A DNA stretch of 54,982 nt, counting the filler, from Stramenopiles sp. TOSAG23-3 (taxonomy: Eukaryota): NCBI GenBank assembly GCA_900128585.1. It is 4 parts of 4 records of this genome, joined end to end, with 100 filler letters (N's around TTAATTAATTAA, not from the genome) between each part and the next. Parts side by side here need not be neighbours in the genome. Positions count along the whole stretch, not along the records: positions 1 to 25,365 come from LT642290.1; positions 25,466 to 50,690 come from LT642291.1; 2 more parts are not named here. One strand, written 5' to 3'. The notes below the pieces were generated by a model. That model did no database searches, was not told the origin of the DNA, and saw nothing but the letters and a program-made list of their open reading frames with translations. Positions within the stretch are counted from its first letter, which is position 1. The number at the start of each line of letters is the position of its first letter. The translations under genes and the position numbers were made by a program. Below are positions 23,092 to 34,730 of this stretch, in pieces.

Positions 23092-23400
23092 TTACTTCTT
23101 TCCACCAAGAAGTTTCCACACCACTTTCCTGTCCGGTTTTTTCAACTCTTGGGACCCCATGGACTTATTTAACTTTTGCCGGCTTTGGTTGTAGTTAAGA
23201 TGCCGTCGACCAGCCTTCCAACGTTTTACTGTACCGTCCGCTCGCCTCAAAAACCTTTTCTTCGCCGACGACTTCGTTTTGATGCCCATGGACTGTACGT
23301 TTATACAAGGCCGGCCGCACGCCATCGCTCTAGCAGCTACCGTTGGCAGCGGCGTGCCAACGTGGGACCGTGCAAATAACGTCTTCAATACAGTTGCCAT
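23092..23400 (-). CDS. MRPL35: Mitochondrial ribosomal protein bL35m
   Basis: Presequence-like N-terminus followed by IKTKSSAKKRF...GTVKRWKAGRRHL (bL35 signature). Confidence 0.88.
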   Translation of the reverse strand: MATVLKTLFARSHVGTPLPTVAARAMACGRPCINVQSMGIKTKSSAKKRFLRRADGTVKRWKAGRRHLNYNQSRQKLNKSMGSQELKKPDRKVVWKLLGGKK

Positions 23401-24135
23401 CTCAGTCCACTATTTGTTACACGACCCGTCACTCGTTGAATAGATAGCTAGAAAAAGTACAACAACAATTCGTTTACACAGAATTGTTATGTGCATCCTT
23501 CTTCTCTGTTTTCTCAACTGTTTACATTACTAAATTCCTATTATATATAAAACTAATACCATAGTATTTATAAAATGCACAACAAGATTAATAATAATAA
23601 TTTTCGGTCTTGACTCCTCGTATATTCCTCGTATTCCTCGTTGGAGTATGGAGAGTAGGGATTTTGAGATCATTTACGTAATATACTATAATTGGTCCGA
23701 AAAGGATAGGCAAGAAGAGAAATTCAAAAACAATCGTACTTTAGTATAATCAACGATCACAATCACCACTCTTTAATCCACACGGACGCTCCAACGACCG
23801 TACCGTACTGCACACCAAAAAAAATTCTTTCGACTATGCGTAACAATTCTGACATTTCCATGTTCATCTTTGTCCTATCAAGCACCCCTTACCATCGATT
23901 AGATATTCACACAACAGTTTTTATCTCGGAAACATTTTCCTTTTGGCACTCATTGGGGACGGAATCAGTGAACGTCCCGCACAATCGTTCTGTACATAGA
24001 TCTGTAAATAGACGGAGGTGGTGGGTCTCCAGGCATTTTAGTGTTTTTGGAGGTATGAATGTGCTTTTTCTTGTTTAATTATTGGCAATTTTGGTTTATT
24101 TGTGGTGTGCGTCCCCGTTTAAGCGGAAACTAAAC

Positions 24136-24498
24136 TCATTTTTCTCCAACAACAACTTTGCCGTAACCACCAGCTATTACCAGGGCGTGGTCTTCGCATG
24201 TTGGCTCGTATGCGGTCGGCTCAAACGGATTATACCTCGGTGATTCTGGAGCGAACGGGTCATAGGTCGGACTCTTCGGGGAGTATTTCGGACACTCTGC
24301 GCTTGCCGGGCCCATTATAGGCTGGTATAAGGAAGGTTGCGCGGTTGGCTGACTAAACGCATTCACCGGTTGGCTAAACGCGTTCACCGGCTGACTAAAC
24401 GCATTCACCGGCTGACTGAATACATTCATTGGCTGGTTGAATATACCTGTTGACGGTGCGGTAAAAGCGGGGATAAGCCTTGAATGGGCAAGATACAT
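24136..24498 (-). CDS. Small low-complexity cargo ORF with FSQPVNA repeats and YSPxSP motifs
   Basis: 120-aa ORF inside the TIR element. The 21-bp repeats at 24347-24444 vary mostly at synonymous sites. Confidence 0.55.
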   Translation of the reverse strand: MYLAHSRLIPAFTAPSTGIFNQPMNVFSQPVNAFSQPVNAFSQPVNAFSQPTAQPSLYQPIMGPASAECPKYSPKSPTYDPFAPESPRYNPFEPTAYEPTCEDHALVIAGGYGKVVVGEK

Positions 24499-24567
24499 AA
24501 TAATGTATAGAGTACGATGGTTCGAACTAAACTCATGTTATTATAAATTTATTGATATTTATACATG

Positions 24568-24687
24568 TTAATTGTTAAACAATGCCTCACAGTCCTTACC
24601 GTATGCTTTTAAAAATTTCTCACCAATGATCATACTATGTACAGGTTCGGTTTGTGTGGATGTATCACGCGTAGGTGGAGTGACCAT
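24568..24687 (-). CDS. Putative 39-aa micro-ORF (MVTPPTRDTSTQTE...) inside the TIR element
   Basis: ATG in AT-rich context (TATTATG, as in the neighbouring ORF) and a TQT motif. Confidence 0.3.
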   Translation of the reverse strand: MVTPPTRDTSTQTEPVHSMIIGEKFLKAYGKDCEALFNN

Positions 24688-24850
24688 AATATTATATTTA
24701 ATGGAACAGTGTGCAAAGACAACGACTGGTTCGAGGAGAATGTTTGCAACCCTGATGTCTGTACAGCGACTGCTAATATACCTCGTATGCTCCAATAAGT
24801 TTGACTGTTCCTCGAACAATTGTAAATGTCAATGTGTTGTTGGTGAAATT

Positions 24851-25091
24851 AGAAACATTTTTTTAATTACTTTAATTATTATTGTTGAATGAAAATAATA
24901 TATAATAATTAATATATTTTTTTTAAATAATCAATTTAGATATAAATAACAAGGGAGTATTAAATTGAAAATAGAAACATTTTTTTTTTATTATTATTTT
25001 TTTATTATTTTATTATTATATTGTTGACTGAATATATTATTATTTTTTTAATAATCAGTTTAACATATAAATAACAAGGAAGTATTAACTT
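24851..25091. repeat. Degenerate ~122-125-bp tandem duplication inside the TIR element
   Basis: AGAAACATTTTTT occurs at ~24851 and ~24973, and TATAAATAACAAGG(G/A)AGTATTAA at ~24941 and ~25066. Confidence 0.7.
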
Positions 25092-25365
25092 CCAAAAGAG
25101 ACGAACAATACGAACATTGTATAGCATGGGAAATGGTGAGATGTCGGAAGACTCAGTTTCGTGAAGTAGATCAATGTATGTAGATAAATGTAAAGTTTTG
25201 GGACTGCATTTTCGTTAACTTTTTATTAAGTACTTAAAAATCTATTTTCCTATACATACTATACAATCCCTACTCTCCATACTCCACTCGTCCCTCGTCT
25301 TCCTTTTTCTTCCTCCTTCTCTCTCTTCTTTTCTTTTCTCTTCTTCTTCTTTCTTCTTTCTTCTT

Positions 25366-25465
25366 NNNNNNNNNNNNNNNNNNNNNNNNNNNNNNNNNNN
25401 NNNNNNNNNTTAATTAATTAANNNNNNNNNNNNNNNNNNNNNNNNNNNNNNNNNNNNNNNNNNNN
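25366..25465. other. Artificial contig spacer (N44-TTAATTAATTAA-N44)
   Basis: All-frame stop linker embedded in Ns. Confidence 0.98.
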
Positions 25466-25467
25466 GA

Positions 25468-25542
<75 letters not shown>
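25466..25542. repeat. (GAAA)n microsatellite at contig start
   Basis: Directly visible. Confidence 0.95.
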
Positions 25543-25544
<2 letters not shown>

Positions 25545-26028
25545 CCAATCCAATTTAGCTAAGCCCGCGAAATGACAACGACCATTTAATATAGTCACAG
25601 CATACAAATAGATAAGGGCGACTTTGAAGTTGTTCTTGGATAGGCTAGTAAATGTACTTGGAATGTATATTAGTATAGGATGGAATTCGAGAAGGATGGT
25701 GGTGTTGTTTGCCTTGTTGTCTTCTTGTCTGGGTGGTAAGTGGTGAGTCAGGTAGAGAGAGTGATGTGGATGGAATTGTTGATTAATGTCTTGAACTTCA
25801 CGTTGTAACGCCCCGATTATGGGAGAAGATGCACAAGAGGAGTACGAGGAGAAACTTGAGGAAAAACGCAGTGACGGTGCAGAGCATCAGGGACGAAATC
25901 TTGAAGGAATCATTGTCATTTACAACAGATAGTTCAGCGGAAGAAGTAGTAGATGTACAACATTGCTCTTTCGTCTACCACTCACCACTTCAACGCATTG
26001 CTGAATGCAGCACTGGAAGATGCAAGGG

Positions 26029-26089
26029 GTTTCCCATTTGACAATGGACTAGTATACTAGTTTCCCATTTGACAATGGACTAGTATACT
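26029..26089. repeat. Exact 30-bp direct repeat, period 31
   Basis: GTTTCCCATTTGACAATGGACTAGTATACT at 26029-26058 and 26060-26089. Confidence 0.95.
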
Positions 26090-26663
26090 CAAGAACGCGT
26101 GGTGGGCGTCTTGTCCTCTATAGGATAATTGTACTTCTGTGCAAGTGCTCTGGCTTTCTCTAACCTACTTGCTTCCCTTTTTTCCATTTCTTTTTGCCAC
26201 TTCTTCTGGTTGTCCCTTTGTCTTACTCTTTTCAAATTAAAACCCCTGGGAGGAATTGCACCCCCCCTTGCAGCTCTAGCAGGGGCAGGGTCTTGCCCGG
26301 GATCCAGGCAAAATAACAGGGTACATTTTGGAATCGTACGAGCTATGGCAGAGCTGAAAATGTTCCTACGTGACGTAACCCAACTATACGGCAGCACCAG
26401 GAGAGAAATGGTACTTATGGCGGACATGTTGGGAAACAGACACACACAAGGGGAACTCGAGAGAATGGAAGTATACTACAGCGCGCGAAACGAATGGCCA
26501 AACCTACGAGGGTATATCAGAACTCTAGAACGAGGTACCAATCTGGAGAGAAGTGAGCAGAGAGACTTTATAAGCCAAACTGCGTTCCAAGACCCGGTGC
26601 AAATGGAGTACAGGTACGGGGCAACGGTATCTTATGGACTCGTTGAACCGTAACGGTACAAGA

Positions 26664-27500
26664 TCAGCAAGCAAATTCTTCGATTTTTTGCATTAATTTT
26701 TCTTCAATTTTTGTCCCAAGGTCGTCTAGTGTCATTCCCCACACCACTTCCGTTTTTTTCTTTCCTAGACCTTTCCATCCGCCAGAATTCTGCACAATGT
26801 AACCCCTTAATTCCTTTTTAAGTTCTTTTTCTGCATCTTCATATATGCCTTTAATGGCTTCCTTATCATCCGTAGGTTTGCCAATTTCAAAGAAGGCAAT
26901 GTCCGAACATACATACCTTACTTCATCCATAAAGAATATTTTCCCTTTATACTTACGGCAAAGCCGTGCCTTGCCTGCTTTATTTTGTTTGATAAAATGT
27001 AAGCTATTGCACCTTTCATTTGATAATTCTTTTTCCCATTCCTCAATATTGCTTTGAAAGACATAAAAAGACAGGATTGGAGGTATGTCATATTCACCAT
27101 GATCTTTGACATCTTGTTCATTACCTAGCCCCACTTTGACATGTGTCAAACCTCAAACCTTGTTCATTACCTAGCCCCACTTTGACATGAGTCAAAAGCT
27201 TATTGGTGTCAAAACTAAGAGAATGCCGTTTTATTCCATAGCCATTCTTCATGATCTGATGCAATCTTTCACTCTGGCCTGAAGCAAGAATGCCTCCACA
27301 TATCCTTAGCCCAATTTTGCTCAAAAAGTTAAAATTGCCAAGGTCTGCTTGGTGTTGCCAAAACTTGAGGGGCTGCAAGTCAACAAGAAGGTTTACTTTC
27401 AATAATCTTTGGTATGCTTGCAACTCCAAAGCAATGTCTGCAACGATTGTTTTTAATGAGTCGTTCGATCCACTGGTGTTTGCATTTTGACTACCCCCAA
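26664..27500 (-). pseudogene. hAT transposase relic (C-terminal dimerisation domain), frameshifted
   Basis: ELQAY...PLKFWQ...F..LSKIGLRI....ASGQSERL......KRHSLS matches the hATC pattern (PLxWW...LSxxA..S...SERxF...RxxL). A 46-bp duplication at 27113-27196 breaks the frame, and the catalytic N-terminal part is missing. Confidence 0.75.
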
Positions 27501-27907
27501 CCATATCATCCCCTTTCCTCTTCCTCCTCCACCAAATAGAACCCACATACCACCATACCACCCCTACACGCACACAGCACCACTTTATCATAACCCTATC
27601 CTTCTAACACTAACTTCACTCCGAGACCAGAAATATGTTCCTCAATATATTGTTTAAGGAAATATAATATTAATCATACAATAATATTATGTTATTGTTA
27701 TGTTAATGGTTATAGTTTTGATTACGAAACCCTAAAACTAAAATTCCTTTTTTTCTATTTTTTTTTTTTAAACCAAAAAAAAAAAACTTTTTTTTTTTTT
27801 TTTTTTTTAAATAGAATTTTAAGAAAATGATGTTAAGGTATAAGCACAAGTATGAAAGTAAGATGGATGGCGATGAAAGGAGTAAAGGATTGTGGAAGAA
27901 AATGTGA

Positions 27908-30163
<2,256 letters not shown>

Positions 30164-30332
30164 GAAGGGCGCCCGTAAGGTTTGCGCTGCAAAGAGAAGC
30201 AGCGTGAATACGATAATCTTAATCTTGCGAAAGATTGGAAAAGGAATTGTGTTAAGTCTTAGTAGCACAAATAATGTTGATCAGATTTTTTTTAGTATGA
30301 AATATTCTCATTATTACAAGCGAGACCGTCTT

Positions 30333-31046
30333 CTACCGTTTCACCCATTGATAACGCTTCCGCGCCTTGGCCTGGCCCGGCTTCTTGCGCTCTACTTTCC
30401 GTGCGTCCCTTCGGAGGAACCCTTCCATCTTTAGCACCTCTCGGTGGCTCGGTTCGATGAACTGAAGGCATCGAGAAATTGCCATTCTCGTCGCCTGGGC
30501 CTGCCCCGTCTGCCCCCCGCCATGGACTCGAACGTCCACGTCGAACTTTCCCACCGTGTCGGTCACCACGAACGGGGACAGGACGTTCTCCACCCAGGAC
30601 CGCCGTGGGAAGTACTCGTTCACGTACGTGCCGTTCACCAGTACTTTCCCTTCCCCTTCTCGCAGCGTCGCCGACGCAACCGCCGACTTTCGCGATCCCC
30701 GGCTGGTCACGATCCCATCGCGGCGCCACTTCTCCTCCACGCGAACCGCGTGCTGCACCCTCGGGCTGGCCGTGCCGTCCGAACCGTCCAACGACGACAG
30801 CGCGCCGATACGCTTCGAACGGTTGAAGGGGCTGATCTTCTCCCACTGCGCAATAAAGTCTTCCGGGTCCTCAAAGCGCGTCGCCGGCGCGTCCGACGTT
30901 TCGGCTTCGACCACCGCCCCCGTTGCGGTGGAAAATTTGTGGGAAACGAACGCGCGAAATGCCGGGGCGCGCCGTGCACCCAACGACCGCCGCGCCAAGC
31001 CTTGCAAGGCGCGCCGTAGGGGAATGGAGGACGAGGAGGTCGCCAT
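30333..31046 (-). CDS. MRPS9: Mitochondrial ribosomal protein uS9m
   Basis: Presequence, GSRKSAVA, VHGGGQTGQAQA and RDARKVERKKPGQAKARKRYQWVKR. Confidence 0.95.
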   Translation of the reverse strand: MATSSSSIPLRRALQGLARRSLGARRAPAFRAFVSHKFSTATGAVVEAETSDAPATRFEDPEDFIAQWEKISPFNRSKRIGALSSLDGSDGTASPRVQHAVRVEEKWRRDGIVTSRGSRKSAVASATLREGEGKVLVNGTYVNEYFPRRSWVENVLSPFVVTDTVGKFDVDVRVHGGGQTGQAQATRMAISRCLQFIEPSHREVLKMEGFLRRDARKVERKKPGQAKARKRYQWVKR

Positions 31047-31444
31047 GCAAAACGAAAGAAGAATTACCAAACAAGAGCGCGGTTTAAGAATGGGTTTGGT
31101 TTGGAATTCAACCGAGCGTTATGTCTGTATAAATAAAAAATACGCACAATATTGTGCATTCTTGAGTAAAAACACAACCACTTGTATTAGATAGATATTG
31201 ATTGAAGTGATGAAAAGGAATATTATTAATAATATTATTTCTCCGTCCGTCCATCCGTTGTTTCCGTATTACGTTCGTCTCTTTCTCTCCTCCGCCACCA
31301 ATCCAATCCAATCCAATCCAATTGTCATCATCTTAAAAAGGGTTAGGGATAAGGATGGGGTTGAAGATATAGTTGTAATGATAGGGTTTTTGGTTATTAT
31401 AATAAACTTAACTTAACTGATCTTTTTTCTTTCCATCTTGTTTC

Positions 31445-31500
31445 TCCTTGTCTTCTTCTTTCTTTCTTTCTTTCTTTCTTTCTTTCCTTCTTCTTCTTCC
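31445..31500. repeat. (CTTT)n/(CTT)n microsatellite
   Basis: Directly visible. Confidence 0.8.
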
Positions 31501-31884
31501 CACAGCAGGATCACAAGTACAAGTTGGTATTAAAGATGATTTTTTATGCTATTAGCCTATATATAGAAGGGATAAAATATTAGTAGAAATAATCTTTTAC
31601 TCTTCTTTCTCTTCTTTTTTAGTTTTAGTTTTTTAGTTTTATTTATTATATTAAATGTAGTAGTTAGTATAGTATGAGTGAGCTACTCTAAAAGAAAAGC
31701 CATTCATTCAGCTGGGGAATATATAAATGACAAGAAAGAAAGGAAAGGGGTTGAAAAGAAAAGAACGTATTAATCGTATTAATTATCTTTTGTAACTTTG
31801 TTTATCGTGTGCACTGTTTGTTTTTGTCTTGTTTCTTACTTATTTCGTTTCGGTGCAGTATAAAGAGTAAAAGGATTACGAACA

Positions 31885-34440
31885 ATGAGCTCGTTTCGGA
31901 CGATGGCTTCGATGCCGGGATCGAATGCGCTGGCTACACCGCTTCCGGAGAGCCTGCGGAGGTGGTCTACTTCGGCCGAACAACAACAACAAAAGCAACG
32001 GGGTGGCCCTCCGCCGGCACCCTTGCCACAAGACGTCGCCGCGGCCTTTCAAGACCCCGGGGGGCTGGCGTCCCTGGACACCAACCGCGATGGGTCGATC
32101 AGTGCAAACGAGGTACTTGCGGCCTACGACCAGGATGGGGACGGGGAGCTGTCTCGAGGCGAGCTGAAACGGTTGGCAGATCAGTTGTCCCAACAGACGG
32201 ATTTCAACAACACACTTTTAGAGAAGATGCAGCAGGCCGAGACCCAAGCGCTCCGTCAACAGCGGGACGCGCAGGCCAAGCAAACCTCGTTGCGCAAGGC
32301 CCTGCGGTCCATGGAGCAGGCCCGGGAGGAGGCCTCCGCATTAAAGCAGGAAATAACGTCGGTGAAGCAAAACCGCTCCAACAACGAAGTCGAAATGCAA
32401 AAAATGAAACGTGACGTCGAGCGCTGCCGGCGTGATGTGGAGATCTCCAACGTCGCAAAGCGAAAGGCGCAGCGGGCCTTCGAGAAGGGCAATGAGGAGC
32501 GGATGGAGCTGGTGGACCAGCTCCAGGTGGTTGTCCAGGAGAGGAACCAGAACGCGGAGAACTACGAGCACACCCGGAGGGAGCTCGCGCAAGTGCGCTC
32601 TGACCTAAGCACCAACCTGGCGACCCTCTCCTCCAAACTCTCCGCGTTGGCTACCAGCGAGGACCACTGGAGGAAGAAATGCGAGTCCCAGGAAAATGCC
32701 ATGCAAGCCCTTGTGGACGGCGCGAAGGAGAAGGAGTTGCGGACGAAGGCTGCGGAGGCAGCCCTGTTGTCCTCCCAGCGCCAATGCGCAGAGTTCGAGG
32801 GAATGCTAGTCAAGGGGCGCGAGACGCAGACTGGTCTGCGAAACAGCTTGGACCGGAACCTCCGCCGCATGGAGGAGCTGGCCGCCAAGTGCGAGGAGGC
32901 CCAGGCCACCGAAGCAAGGCAACAAGACGCGGTGCGGGACCTGCGGGAGAAACTCTCCGAAGCGACCCGGCAAGCCGAGGAGGCCCAACAAGCGAACGGG
33001 GATCTCCGCGCCGACCTTCGGGACGCCCGGGACGCCCACCGGACGGTGAACGAGCAGCGCGCAAGGGAACAGGCGGCGTTTCAGCAGAAGGTGGAAGAAA
33101 ACCACGACCAGCTCAACGACCTTGCCTCGGAGGCACGGTCCCGGCACCAGGAATACGCCAAGCAGGCGGCAACAATGCGGCAAGAGCAACGGGAGCAGTT
33201 GGGGGAGCGGGACGAGAAGTACGTGAAGCTTCAGAACGACTACAAAGGCCTCCACGAAATTTTGGCAAAAGTCCAGGCTGAGCATTCCAAGCAGATCAAG
33301 ATGTTCCAGGACGAGCGGAACGCGTACGAGAAGCGCATCATGGAGGCCCTGAACAAGGCGAACAATACCGATAAGAACACGGGCGCCAGGATTGCGGCGT
33401 ACCAGCAAGAGCAGGACCGGCTGAAGCAGCAGGCCAACGCCTTGCAACGCGAGCTCCACGTCCGCTCGGAGCAGCACTTGCAAACCTTGGAAAAGGTCCA
33501 GCACACCTACCGCCTAACGATTGGCCGCGTTTCCGAGGAGAACAACGACTTGAAGATCATGCGGGACGACGTGGACTCGCTGAAGCGAACGGTCCAGTAC
33601 CAGATGACGCACATGCTCAAACCGCACGAGGACCAGCACGCCAGCATGCAGCAGAATGTCATGACGATGAACGACATGATGCAAAAGATGAAGGAGGACT
33701 ACAACTTGGCCTGCGACGCCAAGTACCATGCGGAAGCGCTGGCGGAAGAGCAGCGGAGCGAAAACATCATGTTGAACGACGAAATTTCGAAACTGGAAAT
33801 GAGCCGCCACGGCATGGCCATGAAACTGGAGAGCATGGAGGACACCGCCTCCGCGGAGCTCAAGGTGGTGAAGGTCGAGCACCAAGCGGCCATGGCGTCC
33901 CGGGACGGCCTGGAGTCCCAACTCCGGCGGACCATGGAACAGTTAGAGCAAGCTAACCAGTTGTCAAGAAAGCTTCAAGTCGACAACCGGGACCTGCACA
34001 CCCAGCTGCACGAGTTTCAGCAGGAGATGGGCGAAAAGGCTCACTTGACCAGCAAGCAATTGCACGATTCCAGGCTAAAGGAGCAAGGGCTCGCCCAGAA
34101 CAACGAGTCGTTGGAGGCAGAGCGCGACCAGCTGCGCCGCGAACTGGAGCAGCAGAGCGCAAAGGTCCAGCATCTGCAGCATGAAATCATACAAACCGGG
34201 GAAAACTACCGGTCGCAAATTTCAACAGAAAAGATTAACCAAGGCAAATACAAGGCCCAAGTGCATAGCCTCGGGGATAGCTTTCGAAAGATGCAGACGC
34301 AACTCGGGCAGACGAAGCAGCTGCTGGGCACCATCCAGGAGCAACGGAAACTCTTGAGCGAGGACAACGATAAACTAAGGGCCGAACTGGACGAGGTGTA
34401 CAATAAGATGACTTCCAAAAACGAGAAAGGGTTCCAATGA
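31885..34440 (+). CDS. EF-hand pair plus long coiled-coil protein (cytoskeletal/basal-body-like)
   Basis: DTNRDGSISANE and DQDGDGELSRGE loops followed by about 750 aa of E/Q/R/K-rich heptads. Confidence 0.8.
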   Translation: MSSFRTMASMPGSNALATPLPESLRRWSTSAEQQQQKQRGGPPPAPLPQDVAAAFQDPGGLASLDTNRDGSISANEVLAAYDQDGDGELSRGELKRLADQLSQQTDFNNTLLEKMQQAETQALRQQRDAQAKQTSLRKALRSMEQAREEASALKQEITSVKQNRSNNEVEMQKMKRDVERCRRDVEISNVAKRKAQRAFEKGNEERMELVDQLQVVVQERNQNAENYEHTRRELAQVRSDLSTNLATLSSKLSALATSEDHWRKKCESQENAMQALVDGAKEKELRTKAAEAALLSSQRQCAEFEGMLVKGRETQTGLRNSLDRNLRRMEELAAKCEEAQATEARQQDAVRDLREKLSEATRQAEEAQQANGDLRADLRDARDAHRTVNEQRAREQAAFQQKVEENHDQLNDLASEARSRHQEYAKQAATMRQEQREQLGERDEKYVKLQNDYKGLHEILAKVQAEHSKQIKMFQDERNAYEKRIMEALNKANNTDKNTGARIAAYQQEQDRLKQQANALQRELHVRSEQHLQTLEKVQHTYRLTIGRVSEENNDLKIMRDDVDSLKRTVQYQMTHMLKPHEDQHASMQQNVMTMNDMMQKMKEDYNLACDAKYHAEALAEEQRSENIMLNDEISKLEMSRHGMAMKLESMEDTASAELKVVKVEHQAAMASRDGLESQLRRTMEQLEQANQLSRKLQVDNRDLHTQLHEFQQEMGEKAHLTSKQLHDSRLKEQGLAQNNESLEAERDQLRRELEQQSAKVQHLQHEIIQTGENYRSQISTEKINQGKYKAQVHSLGDSFRKMQTQLGQTKQLLGTIQEQRKLLSEDNDKLRAELDEVYNKMTSKNEKGFQ

Positions 34441-34730
34441 TACCCAGTTTGGCTGCGAAGGGAGACCGGGGCGTGGAAACAAGCATTTTGTACAAAATAA
34501 TTTTTATTAAGAACCAAAATATATATAAAATTAATTTTTATATAAGAATTCTTAAAATAATGGGAGTTGTGTTATTTACGTAAGGTGTTTAAAAATGTAT
34601 TTAAAAAGAAAAAAGGGGATTTCAGGTTCAAGAACAATAATCTCCTCTTGTCGCAAACCCTCTCCCCTTTCTGGTTAACACTGGCTACTACGTATCATAT
34701 TGCTAGTAATTTCTTAACAGCATTGCGGTT

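Larger units (their letters stand above)
23642..25286. mobile_element. 1645-bp non-autonomous TIR element with TG...CA ends, 22-bp perfect TIRs and a 5-bp TSD (CTCGT)
   Basis: TGGAGTATGGAGAGTAGGGATT (23642-23663) is the exact reverse complement of 25265-25286. CTCGT lies at 23637-23641 and 25287-25291. Confidence 0.85.

Noticed and set aside
24347-24444. 21-bp repeats, and the 30-bp and 38-bp duplications at 26029 and 27113, as a possible CRISPR array
   Set aside because: Tandem with no unique spacers, no cas genes and a eukaryotic context.
25366-25465. TTAATTAATTAA palindrome inside N runs (also 50735 and 52881)
   Set aside because: Artificial six-frame-stop linker used to concatenate contigs.
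25286-27600. hAT relic as the mobiliser of the TG...CA element
   Set aside because: They lie on different contigs, and hAT elements make 8-bp TSDs, not 5-bp.
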